This document shows, one piece after another, positions 38,141 through 47,817 of a stretch of DNA of 64,000 nucleotides (within the stretch, counting starts at the first letter, position 1; each line of letters starts with the position of its first letter). Source of the DNA: an uncultured Alphaproteobacteria bacterium (GTDB taxonomy: Bacteria; Pseudomonadota; Alphaproteobacteria; Sphingomonadales; Sphingomonadaceae). A program made the position numbers and the translations under genes. The notes below the pieces were generated by a model. It saw nothing but the letters and a program-made list of their open reading frames with translations. It made no database searches and had not been told where the DNA came from. Location: assembly GCA_963703115.1 (NCBI GenBank), contig OY969788.1, forward strand, positions 855,265 to 919,264, in the 5' to 3' direction.

Positions 38141-38769
38141 GCTATGCGGTCAAGGAGATTTTCCTCACCTTGCAGGGGGAGGGCGTGCAGCAGGGGCACC
38201 GGGCGGTATTCCTGCGCTTTTCCGGCTGTAATCTATGGTCGGGCCGCGAGGCGGACCGCGCGCAAGCGCAATGCCGCTTTTGCGATACCGACTTCGTGGG
38301 GACGGACGGCCTCCACGGCGGCAAATATGCCGATGCGCAGGGTCTAACTTCGAAAGTCGCGGAACTGTGGGGCGAAGGAAAGTCCGAGCGACTGGTGGTG
38401 ATTACCGGCGGTGAGCCGATGCTCCAGCTCGATTCGCCATTGATCGACGCGCTTCACGGCGCAGGCTTTCGAATAGCGGTCGAAAGCAACGGGACACTGC
38501 CCGCCCCGAGCGGAATTGACTGGCTGTGCATCAGTCCGAAGGCGGGTACCGAAGTGGTGCAGCGCTCAGGCGACGAACTGAAGCTCGTCTGGCCACAAGA
38601 AGGGGTCGATCCCTTGGACCTGGAGGATTGGGGGTTTGATCACTTCTTGGTCCAGCCGATGGACTGCGAGGACGGGGACCGGGCGCTAGACGCGGCGATC
38701 GCGCTGGCGATGGAACGGCCCAAGTGGCGCCTTGCACTCCAGGCGCATAAGGTCGTCGGCCTTCCCTGA
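38137..38769 (+). CDS. queE: 7-carboxy-7-deazaguanine synthase QueE
   Basis: The ATG at 38137 overlaps the queC stop (ATGA). MSYAVKEIFLTLQGEGVQQGHRAVFLRFSGCNLWSG...CRFCDTDF is the QueE radical SAM pattern. Confidence 0.88.
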   Translation: MSYAVKEIFLTLQGEGVQQGHRAVFLRFSGCNLWSGREADRAQAQCRFCDTDFVGTDGLHGGKYADAQGLTSKVAELWGEGKSERLVVITGGEPMLQLDSPLIDALHGAGFRIAVESNGTLPAPSGIDWLCISPKAGTEVVQRSGDELKLVWPQEGVDPLDLEDWGFDHFLVQPMDCEDGDRALDAAIALAMERPKWRLALQAHKVVGLP

Positions 38770-38779
38770 AGGCAAGCGA

Positions 38780-39133
38780 TCAGGTCGCGCTATTACCTTC
38801 GGGTGTGCTGCCTTCAGTTGCTGGTGCGGGTTCGGTCCGCTTGACCGCGGGCCGGGTGGTCTTGGTCGGCTTCTTGGGCGCACTCGAATTGTCGGTTTCC
38901 GCCGACGAATCCTCGCCATTGTCCAGCGAATCGCCGTCGTTCCATTGCACATCGGCGGCCATGTTGGCGGCCTGTCCGGTGACCGCGTCGATCGCGGTTA
39001 CGTCGTTGACCGAATATTCCTCGGCGGTGACGGCAGCGGTGCCGTTGGTCGCCGCATCTTCGGCGGCCTGCTTGCCACAGCCGGCAAGCGCAAGCGCAGC
39101 AAGCAGCGCGACGGGAAATGTTTTGCTGGTCAT
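38780..39133 (-). CDS. hypothetical lipoprotein, acidic and low complexity
   Basis: MTSKTFPVALLAALALAGCG has a lipobox. The rest is Ala/Asp/Thr-rich with a basic Pro-rich tail. Confidence 0.6.
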   Translation of the reverse strand: MTSKTFPVALLAALALAGCGKQAAEDAATNGTAAVTAEEYSVNDVTAIDAVTGQAANMAADVQWNDGDSLDNGEDSSAETDNSSAPKKPTKTTRPAVKRTEPAPATEGSTPEGNSAT

Positions 39134-39194
39134 CGCTTGCTTCCTATCGCTTCAGGCGCGCTTGGCAATCGCCAGAATTTGCCCTGGCCACGAA

Positions 39195-39229
39195 AAAAGG
39201 CTGCCAGACACGAGGTCCGGCAGCCTTTT
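39195..39229. terminator. bidirectional rho-independent terminator
   Basis: AAAAGGCTGCC (39195-39205) and GGCAGCCTTTT (39219-39229) form a perfect 7-bp GC stem flanked by A and T runs. It lies just downstream of the minus-strand gene 39275..39502. Confidence 0.6.
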
Positions 39230-39274
39230 CAACTGCTGGCCGGTCGGACGAATGACGCCCGACAAGCCAGTCGA

Positions 39275-39502
39275 TTACATCGCGTTTGCGTCGGCCGTGT
39301 TGGCGTCCGTAGCATTCGCGTCCATGGCATTGGCGTCCATGCCATTGGCGTCCATGGTCATGTTCGCGTCCATGGCGTTGGCATCGACGGTCTCTTCAGC
39401 GACCATGTTTTCGTCGAGGTTCATGGTGTTGTCAGCGGCTTCGTTGCTGCTGCAAGCGGTGACTGCAAGGGCCGCACCGGCGACCAGGATAAGAGCACGC
39501 AT
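39275..39502 (-). CDS. small lipoprotein with tandem Met-rich DAN pentapeptide repeats
   Basis: MRALILVAGAALAVTACSS has a lipobox. It is followed by VDANAMDANMTMDANGMDANAMDANATDANTADANAM, which runs to the stop codon. Confidence 0.6.
   Translation of the reverse strand: MRALILVAGAALAVTACSSNEAADNTMNLDENMVAEETVDANAMDANMTMDANGMDANAMDANATDANTADANAM
39288..39395 (-). repeat. tandem 15-nt (one 18-nt) coding repeat, about 7 units
   Basis: Plus-strand units start at 39288, 39303, 39318, 39333, 39348, 39366 and 39381 (consensus GCGTCCATGGCATTG). They encode the DAN-x-M repeats. Confidence 0.7.
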
Positions 39503-39593
39503 TCAAAAACTCCCTATTTTTATCGATTTGGGCTGTCTGGAATAAGACAACGCGCAAACCGTGCCGGTACATAGTCCGAGAGCACAGGCACCT

Positions 39594-40333
39594 TCAAGTA
39601 ACTTTGCACGCCGTCGCCAAGTCATTGAGGAAGCTTGGAAAATTTTCCTTCAATGCCCGGTCCGCAGCGGCCATGTCGACGGCCACGCCCAAATCGGCGA
39701 GGCTGGTAACCCCAAATTCGGCAATTCCGCACGGCACGATTCCACTGAAATGGCCGAGGTCTGGCGCGATATTGAGCGAGAATCCGTGCATCGTGACCCA
39801 GCGCTTCACGCGCACGCCCAGCGCTCCGATCTTGGCTTCGGCCGGTCCTTCGCCGACCCAAATGCCGATCCGTCCCGGCGCACGGTGTGCCCTGATCCCA
39901 AGGTCGCCAAGCGCGGCAATCATCCACCCTTCGAGCGCGTGGACGAAACAGCGGACATCCTTGCCCCGTCTGGCAAGGTCGAGGACCAGATAGCCGACCC
40001 GCTGGCCAGGCCCGTGATAGGTGTAACGCCCGCCGCGTCCCGCAGCGAACACCGGGAAACCCTGCGGGTTCATCAGTTCGGAGAATCAGCGCTGGTCCCG
40101 GCGGTAAAAGTCGGCGGATGCTCAAGCAACCAGACCAGTTCTCGGGCGGTGCCGGATTGCACCCCGGCGACCTGCGCCTCCATTTCGGCCAAGGCCTGTG
40201 CATAGGGCACCTGTTCTTCGCTGACGCGCCATTCGATGTCGTCGATCCCGTCCACCGCCGCGACATGGAACCAAGGCTCGCGGCTTGCAAGCCGGTTGCA
40301 AGCTGCCGCGGGTCGTGGAACACAAGGGTCCAA
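39594..40333 (-). pseudogene. lipB: lipoyl(octanoyl) transferase LipB, frame broken by a 1-nt indel
   Basis: The N-part is ORF 40073..40333 ([18 protein letters not shown]). The C-part is ORF 39594..40073 ([49 protein letters not shown]). The frames join near 40075-40080; one extra G/C would read [10 protein letters not shown]. The real start is possibly GTG at 40255. Confidence 0.85.
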
Positions 40334-40344
40334 TCAGGGAAGGA

Positions 40345-41160
40345 ATGCAGATGGGCGCGTTGTCGATTTCAAAGGCGTGGGACGAGACCAAGGCCGTGGT
40401 CGGTCGCGACGGGCGCTTGTTCGCGACCATTTCCCTGGCGCTGGTTGGCCTTCCTCAATTGCTGTCGACGGTGATTGCGCCGGACGCGCAGACTAGCAGC
40501 GACTTTAAGTTGATTGACCTATTCGTTCTTCTGCTTGGCCTCGTGACGTTGGTCGGCCAGCTCGCGATCGCAAGGCTCGCGCTTGCGCCGCCGGTTACCG
40601 TCGGTGAAGCGATCAACCGGGCGATCAAGCGGTTTCCGGTTCAGCTGGGGGTGATCGCGCTGTGCGTTGTCGGCGCGGTCCTGTTGTTCGTGCCATTCTT
40701 TGTGGTCGCAGCAAGCGAGGGCGCTTCCCTGACCGACCGCGCGAGCTTTGAAACGCTTTCGGGCCGGGCAGTGCTGGTGGCTTTTGCAGCAGTGCTGTTG
40801 ATCATCTATTTCGGGTTGCGGCTGGTGCCCCTCAATGCGGTGGTGGTGGCGGAGAAATTAGGCCCGGTCGCTGCTCTTGTGCGGAGCTGGAAATTGACCT
40901 CTGGCAACGTGCTTCGACTGTTCGTCTTTTTCATCGTTGCAGTGATCGTGATGTTCGTCCTGTTGCTTGCGGTGGGCGCGACGGTGGGAGCGCTTGCCGC
41001 TGCGACCCTAGGCGCGCCTGAGCCGCTGTCGGCGGCCGCGCTGGTAATCGGACTGGTCCAAGCGGTGATAACTGCAGCAGTCACCGTCCTGTTCGTGGTG
41101 ATGAGCGTTCGAATTTATACCCAGCTGGCTGGGCGCGACAGCGTCGAACCGTTGGGCTGA
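40345..41160 (+). CDS. hypothetical polytopic membrane protein
   Basis: About 270 aa with 5-6 hydrophobic helices. The N-terminus is MQMGALSISKAWDETKAVVGRDGRLF. I recognise no family with confidence. Confidence 0.55.
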   Translation: MQMGALSISKAWDETKAVVGRDGRLFATISLALVGLPQLLSTVIAPDAQTSSDFKLIDLFVLLLGLVTLVGQLAIARLALAPPVTVGEAINRAIKRFPVQLGVIALCVVGAVLLFVPFFVVAASEGASLTDRASFETLSGRAVLVAFAAVLLIIYFGLRLVPLNAVVVAEKLGPVAALVRSWKLTSGNVLRLFVFFIVAVIVMFVLLLAVGATVGALAAATLGAPEPLSAAALVIGLVQAVITAAVTVLFVVMSVRIYTQLAGRDSVEPLG

Positions 41161-41163
41161 AGT

Positions 41164-42016
41164 CTATTTCCACCGCGCAAGCGGAGGCAGGCTCATCAGG
41201 ATTGCGTCGATGTTGCCGCCGGTCTTGAGGCCGAACAGGGTGCCGCGGTCGTAAAGCAGGTTGAACTCGACGTAGCGCCCGCGGAATTCCAGCAGTGAAT
41301 CCATGTCTTTTTCATCGAACGGCATGTCCATGCGCTTGCGGACCAGTTGCGGGTAGCATGTCGAGGAACGCTTCGCCGACCGCGCGAGTGAAGGCGAAAT
41401 GGGCGTCGAAATGGCCTTCGAGATGATCGTAGAAAATGCCCCCGACCCCGCGTGCCCGCTGGCGATGGGGTAGCCAGAAATAGTCCTCCGCCCACTTGGA
41501 AAACTTGGGATAGAAGGTCGGGTCGTGCGCAGCGCACGCTGCCCGCAAGCGCGCATGGAAGGCTTGCGTGTCTTCATCGTACGGGATCGCTGGATTCAGG
41601 TCCGCGCCGCCACCGAACCATCTTTTGGTGGTGCACAGGAACCGGGTGTTCATGTGGACTGCGGGGACATGCGGGTTGGCCATGTGGGCGACCAGGCTGA
41701 TACCGGTTGCAAAGAAGCGTGGGTCTTCAGCAGCGCCGTTGATCTGTGCCGCGAATTCGGGCGCGAAGCGGCCGCCAACGGTCGACACGTTGACCCCGAC
41801 TTTTTCGAACACTTTCCCGTTCATCTGGCCGCGCACGCCGCCACCGCCGGGCGAACCGTCGTCGGTCTCGCGCGCCCACGGCGTGTAAGTGAAGGCGGCT
41901 TTACTCCCAGCCTCGCGTTCGATTGCCTCGAACGCGGCACAGATCCGTTCGCGCAGGGTCTCGAACCAGTCGCGCGCTGCCTGCTGCTGCTCGTCCAACT
42001 CCAGTTTCTCGCTCAT
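41164..42016 (-). pseudogene. hemF: oxygen-dependent coproporphyrinogen III oxidase HemF, frame broken by a 1-nt indel
   Basis: The N-part is ORF 41312..42016 ([52 protein letters not shown]). The C-part is ORF 41164..41577 ([50 protein letters not shown]). The frames join at the plus-strand GGG 41351-41353. Confidence 0.88.
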
Positions 42017-42026
42017 CGGGCGGGCC

Positions 42027-42247
42027 CTAGTAGATTCGGCGCTGGGCCGCGAGCAACATGCGAAGCAGCATTGCCACCGGGCGCGGCACTCCGACTTTGC
42101 CTTCCAGCCACAAGCTTACCGCGCTGCGCGATACGCCGATCGCCTGGGCAAGGTCGTTCTGGGTCCGGTAGCCAAGGCTGCGCATGGTGCGACGCAATTC
42201 TTCCGGCGCCATGGACGCAAGCATTTCGCGGTTGGTGTTTTCATTCA

Positions 42248-42248
<1 letters not shown>
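42027..42248 (-). CDS. XRE-family helix-turn-helix protein
   Basis: 73 aa with the HTH core QNDLAQAIGVSRSAVSLWLEGK. Its start overlaps the stop of the upstream P-II gene by 1 nt (TGATG). Confidence 0.7.
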
Positions 42249-43429
<1,181 letters not shown>

Positions 43430-43674
43430 GGAAACTTTACTGCTCAAAAAGGGAGCAAGTTTTTCTGAACCCGACGGTATGAGTGCATATGGCATGGCGA
43501 ATAGACTGGTATCGTTCGCCCTGCCGGTTACTTTTGCGCGCACTTGCTTTGTCCGAATTGCCTGCAAGGTCGAGTGAGCTGTGAGATCGTTATGATGCGT
43601 CTTGATCGAGATATAGTGACCATTAACGCCACTCTTTCTGCATTGCGTCGCGCGCTGGGACATTCGGCACAACA

Positions 43675-45339
43675 ATGAATTTCCGCAACATCCTAGAAAT
43701 TGCCGAGCGCTATCGCGCCGCGCTTCTGCGTTTGGCGCTGTTCGCGATAATTTCGTCCGCATCGGCACTGACCCTTCCCTGGTTTGCCGGGGAATTGTTC
43801 GGCACGGTGATTGATCGCGACGCTTCTACCTCGGTTGCAAGGCCGATAGGGTTGCTGGTTGCAGCACTGCTTGTGACGAGCATGTTCAGTGTCATCGCCG
43901 GGATCCAAACCGCGGTTCTTGAAATCCGGGTGCTGACCGATCTGCGCCAGCGAATTTTCGAACATGTCCAGCGACTTCCGATCGGTTTCCACGAGAATAG
44001 GGGTAAGGGAGATACGTTGGCGCTGATGACCTACGAGGTGGGGCATCTTTCGCATTATCTGACCGGGACCATGGCGCTTATTCCCGCCCGCCTTCTTACC
44101 GCAATTGGTGCAATCGCAGCCATGTTCTGGATCAATGCCCGGACGGCGCTGATCGTGCCCTTTCTTATTCCGGCCATTTACCTTTTTCTCAAAATCCTGG
44201 GTCGAAGCCTGCGGGGGGTGGCGGCAGCAATCCAGCATGCCGAAGCCGAGGTCGTCGAGGTTGCTGAGCAATCTCTGGACATTCTCCCGGCGACCAAAGC
44301 CTTCACTCGCGAGGTGATGGCAGCAGCGAATTATCGCGTCGTTACGGAGGAAGCCGCGCGGCTCTCGGTTAATCGCCGTCGGATTGAAGCAATGATCGAT
44401 CCCATGCTGGGGCTGATCGCTGCCGTCGCGTCAATTCTTGTATTGTTGACAGTCGGGCAGGGGTTGCGGGCGGGCAATCTGAATGTCGCCGAGCTTTTCA
44501 GCTTTCTGTTTTATGCGATGCTCCTGACCCGACCAGCAAGCGCATTGTCCCATATTTACGGAGAAACTCAGAACGCCTTGGGAACCAGCGCGCGAATGCA
44601 ATCGGTACTCGAACAATCGGTTGAGCAGATGCGGACGACGAAAAATAGCCGGCGTGCACAAGGCAAGATCGTGTTCGAAAACATCTCGTTCGCTTATCCC
44701 GGGCGGGACAGCCTGTTACGCAACCTCGACCTTGAAATTTCCCCCGGTGAGAAGATCGCGATCGTCGGGCCGAACGGTTCGGGCAAGACCGCGCTCGTCA
44801 ATCTGCTTTTGCGATATTACGAGCCGGACGGGGGGAGAATTCTCCTCGATGATACTGACATTCGCGATTATGGCTTCGCCGACTTGCGGCAGCAAATCGG
44901 GCTGGTTCCGCAAACGCCCCTGCTGTTCAATTCGACGATCCGGGACAATGTGTGCTTCGGCTCGCCAGATGCGTCGCCCGTCGATCTCAACCGCGTTCTC
45001 CAGCTGGCCCAGGCCAAGAAATTTATCGACGACCTTCCAAAAGGGCTCGAGACGACCATCGGCGACCGGGGCGTTCGTTTGTCAGGGGGACAGAAGCAGC
45101 GCCTCGCGCTGGCCCGCGCCTTGATCAAGGACCCTCCGATTCTGATCCTCGATGAAGCGACCTCCATGTTCGATCTGGGTGGGGAAGTCGCGCTGGTTGC
45201 CGGCATCGAAAAGGCGATCAAGGGCCGCACAGTAATCTTTATCACTCACCGCCTGATGTTGCTCGACCTCGCCGACCGTATTTTCGAAATTAATGACGGG
45301 AAGCTGGTGGACATTGGGAAACAGAGAACTCGAAGTTGA
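43675..45339 (+). CDS. ABC exporter, fused permease-ATPase (McjD/MsbA type); candidate lasso-peptide D protein
   Basis: 554 aa: six-TM domain, then Walker A GPNGSGKT, ABC signature LSGGQKQRLALARAL and Walker B ILILDEATS. There is no N-terminal C39 peptidase domain. It is the first gene of the lower-GC island. Confidence 0.88.
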   Translation: MNFRNILEIAERYRAALLRLALFAIISSASALTLPWFAGELFGTVIDRDASTSVARPIGLLVAALLVTSMFSVIAGIQTAVLEIRVLTDLRQRIFEHVQRLPIGFHENRGKGDTLALMTYEVGHLSHYLTGTMALIPARLLTAIGAIAAMFWINARTALIVPFLIPAIYLFLKILGRSLRGVAAAIQHAEAEVVEVAEQSLDILPATKAFTREVMAAANYRVVTEEAARLSVNRRRIEAMIDPMLGLIAAVASILVLLTVGQGLRAGNLNVAELFSFLFYAMLLTRPASALSHIYGETQNALGTSARMQSVLEQSVEQMRTTKNSRRAQGKIVFENISFAYPGRDSLLRNLDLEISPGEKIAIVGPNGSGKTALVNLLLRYYEPDGGRILLDDTDIRDYGFADLRQQIGLVPQTPLLFNSTIRDNVCFGSPDASPVDLNRVLQLAQAKKFIDDLPKGLETTIGDRGVRLSGGQKQRLALARALIKDPPILILDEATSMFDLGGEVALVAGIEKAIKGRTVIFITHRLMLLDLADRIFEINDGKLVDIGKQRTRS

Positions 45340-45464
45340 GCCGGGGGATTGAGATGCGCCCTATTCGCATTTCGACGAACTTCACGAGCGCAAGCTCCGC
45401 ATAATTCCAGATTGCCACCGCGCGCCGGTGGGGATGTCTCCAGCAGAGTGAGGAGAAAAAGAGC

Positions 45465-47354
45465 TTGAGCGGAGTGGCAGCCATTATCCGATTTGACGGT
45501 GGTGAGGTTGAACCCGGCTTGATCGAAAAAATCACGGCGGCGATGAGTTATCGGGGCTGTGACGGGATACGTCACCTTTCGCGCGGATCCATCGCGTTAG
45601 GTCATTGCATGTTACACACGACCAAGGAGTCGCTGGAAGAAACTCAGCCGCTTTGCAATGAGGACGAAAGCTTGATGCTGGTCATGGATGGCTGGCTCAG
45701 CAATTGGACTGAACTTCGCTCCGAACTGATTGCTCGAGGATCGCATTTACGCACGCGCTCCGACGCTGAACTTGTACTGCGTGCCTACGAAGTCTGGGGT
45801 GAGGATTGCCCACAGCATATCGACGGCGAGTTCGCTTTCGTCATCTGGGACCAGAACCGTCGCGAAGCGTTCGTAGCCGGCGATCACGTCGGTTTAAAAC
45901 CACTGCATTATCACTGGGATGGCCGCCAACTTGTCGTTGCCTCCGACATTGTGGGCGTGTTGGCGATGCCGGGTTTTTCACGCGAACCAAACCTGGCGCG
46001 AATATCGGAATATCTTAAATTCGAATGGGGCACGCGTGGGCAGACAATCTGGAAGGGCGTGTCTCGCGCCGTTCCCGCACACTCGATGCGATTTAGAAAC
46101 GGCCATTGCGAGAGCAGGAAATATTGGGAACCGCCGCTTGAAACCACCATTTTCTATAAGCGCGACGAGGAATATTTCGAACACTACCGGCACCTTTTTA
46201 CCGAATGCGTCCGCAGAGCATCGCGAACGCACAAGCCGCTTGCTTGCGACGTCAGCGGCGGGCTGGATTCCTCAGCTGTTTTTGCAATGGCTCATGAACT
46301 GCGGCGCAAGGGGACCCTGCCCGCACCTGGGGTCAAGGGCTACACCTATTTTTTCAAAGATGCCGAAGGCACCGAACACGACGAGATTGAATATGCGCGT
46401 GCGACCGCACGACACCTGGGGGTAGCTCTTAAAGAGGTCCCGCCTTTCCTTCCCGATATGCAGTGGTTTCTGGAGCGCGGGCGGATGGACTGTGACATCG
46501 CCGGCTATCCTAACGGAGCAATGTCGATCGCCATTGGCAAAACCCTGGTCGCCGATGGCTGCCGCGTGAGTTTGAACGGCGAGGGCGGCGATGAATTCTT
46601 GGCTGGAACTCGATTTTACTTCGCTGAGCAGCTCGCGGCGCGCGAGTGGGGCAAGTTATCGCAGACCTTTATCGAAGATACGGCCGAAATCGGTCTACGA
46701 AAAACGGCCTGGAACCTGTTGCGTTTCGGGCTTGCTCCGATGTTGCCGGTCCCGGTTTTGGAGGTGCTCCGCAATCTTCGGGAACGCCGACGGATAGGCG
46801 AGTTGGACAAAGCTGCCTGGATCAAAGCGGAATTGAGGAACTCGGCGAATCTAAAGGGATTGAGGCCTGGTCATGAACTAATGCAATTGGCCAAGTCGGC
46901 TCGTCGCTGCAAACATCTGGTCCTGAATGATCCCTTTGCGCTGGTGGTTTGGGACCAGTTCTCACGACAAAGTGCCAGAGTTGGCTACGAAATTCGCACT
47001 CCAATGTACGCAAGAGAATTCATCGACTTCTCCTTTGCCACGCCCGAGCGGATCAGGCTTCGGGGAGAGCGCCGGAAATTTATTCATGTCAGAGCGCTTG
47101 AGGGATTGCTTCCCGAAGTCGTGGCCAATCGAAAAACCAAGGCAGACTTCGGAATTGCCTTTACCCGCCTTCTTGAAATGGTGAAGAGTCATTTAATGGA
47201 TGCGGTAGATGGGGATGGTTCCGACTACCTAGACAAGAAAGGGCTCGCACGATTGTTCGAGCGGCAGCAGGCGGAGCCGGACGATTTCCGGTTGGTCTGG
47301 CATGTGTGGACGCTTTTCGAATTGAATGATATTTTGATGCAAAATGAGAATTAA
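45465..47354 (+). CDS. asparagine-synthetase-like protein lacking the Cys nucleophile; candidate lasso cyclase (C protein)
   Basis: 629 aa with a TTG start preceded by GAGGAG. The N-terminus is MSGVAAI rather than MCG. AsnB fold motifs are present (LGHCMLH, SDAELVL, GEFAFVIWD, GLKPLHY) together with the ATP-PPase loop DVSGGLDSSAVFAM. Confidence 0.8.
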   Translation: MSGVAAIIRFDGGEVEPGLIEKITAAMSYRGCDGIRHLSRGSIALGHCMLHTTKESLEETQPLCNEDESLMLVMDGWLSNWTELRSELIARGSHLRTRSDAELVLRAYEVWGEDCPQHIDGEFAFVIWDQNRREAFVAGDHVGLKPLHYHWDGRQLVVASDIVGVLAMPGFSREPNLARISEYLKFEWGTRGQTIWKGVSRAVPAHSMRFRNGHCESRKYWEPPLETTIFYKRDEEYFEHYRHLFTECVRRASRTHKPLACDVSGGLDSSAVFAMAHELRRKGTLPAPGVKGYTYFFKDAEGTEHDEIEYARATARHLGVALKEVPPFLPDMQWFLERGRMDCDIAGYPNGAMSIAIGKTLVADGCRVSLNGEGGDEFLAGTRFYFAEQLAAREWGKLSQTFIEDTAEIGLRKTAWNLLRFGLAPMLPVPVLEVLRNLRERRRIGELDKAAWIKAELRNSANLKGLRPGHELMQLAKSARRCKHLVLNDPFALVVWDQFSRQSARVGYEIRTPMYAREFIDFSFATPERIRLRGERRKFIHVRALEGLLPEVVANRKTKADFGIAFTRLLEMVKSHLMDAVDGDGSDYLDKKGLARLFERQQAEPDDFRLVWHVWTLFELNDILMQNEN

Positions 47355-47376
47355 CCCATTTAGACCGAGGTGAAGC

Positions 47377-47779
47377 TTGCCGAGCGAAAAGAGCGCAGTT
47401 GCGAATGAACCTGGCGCCAAGCCCGACAAAGCGAATGTCGGGACGAAGCTGGAATATGAAACTCCGACACTGACAATTTATGGTTCAGTCAGGGAACTAA
47501 CGGGGTCAGGGTCAGGCGGGTCTTCCGATGGTGGCATGCCCATGGCCGTCGTCGGATTCTGCTGTAAAAGAACATGTCGTGCGGGTCGGGGACCATCCGG
47601 CCGGCTTCGGGATATACCTGTTCGATTACAAGCCGGAGTTCCGCAACTCATTTGGTCATGGTCGACAATTTGGCGTCATCGCAGATGAAGTTGAGCGGGT
47701 TGTCCCCGAGGCCGTCACCATTGGCAGCGATGGCTACAGGCGGGTTTGCTACAGCTTGCTTGGGATCGAACGACAGTGA
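47377..47779 (+). CDS. lasso-type RiPP precursor (YxxPxLx3Gx5TxG leader), apparently continuing across a 1-nt frame break into a peptidase-S74 autoprocessing domain
   Basis: Frame A starts at the TTG at 47377 (GAGGTG 5 nt upstream) and reads MPSEKSAVANEPGAKPDKANVGTKLEYETPTLTIYGSVRELTG|SGSGGSSDGGM.... Frame B is open from 47501 to TGA 47777-47779 and reads ...PWPSSDSAVKEHVVRVGDHPAGFGIYLFDYKPEFRNSFGHGRQFGVIADEVERVVPEAVTIGSDGYRRVCYSLLG, the S74/CIMCD pattern with S-D-x-x-x-K. Deleting one C of the CCC run 47539-47541 fuses them into a 133-aa protein. Confidence 0.6.
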
Positions 47780-47817
47780 TCCAAACGCTTCTCGATTAAT
47801 ATCATTGGTCCCCTGTT

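Noticed and set aside
43430-43480. Possible rho-independent terminator after the LicC-like gene (TGCTC-AAAAAG-GGAGCA followed by T5)
   Set aside because: The stem is only about 5 bp with poor flanking complementarity, too weak to call. It may still contribute to insulation of the island operon.
47537-47688. Frame-A continuation of the precursor ORF (VVGFCCKRTCRAGRGPSGRLRDIPV...), which could be read as a long Cys-containing core peptide
   Set aside because: A 60-residue core is far longer than known lasso cores. The stretch has no recognisable features. The overlapping frame B carries a strong S74-domain signature across the same nucleotides. I treat the frame-A tail as out-of-frame read-through caused by a 1-nt indel. 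Read-level confirmation is needed.
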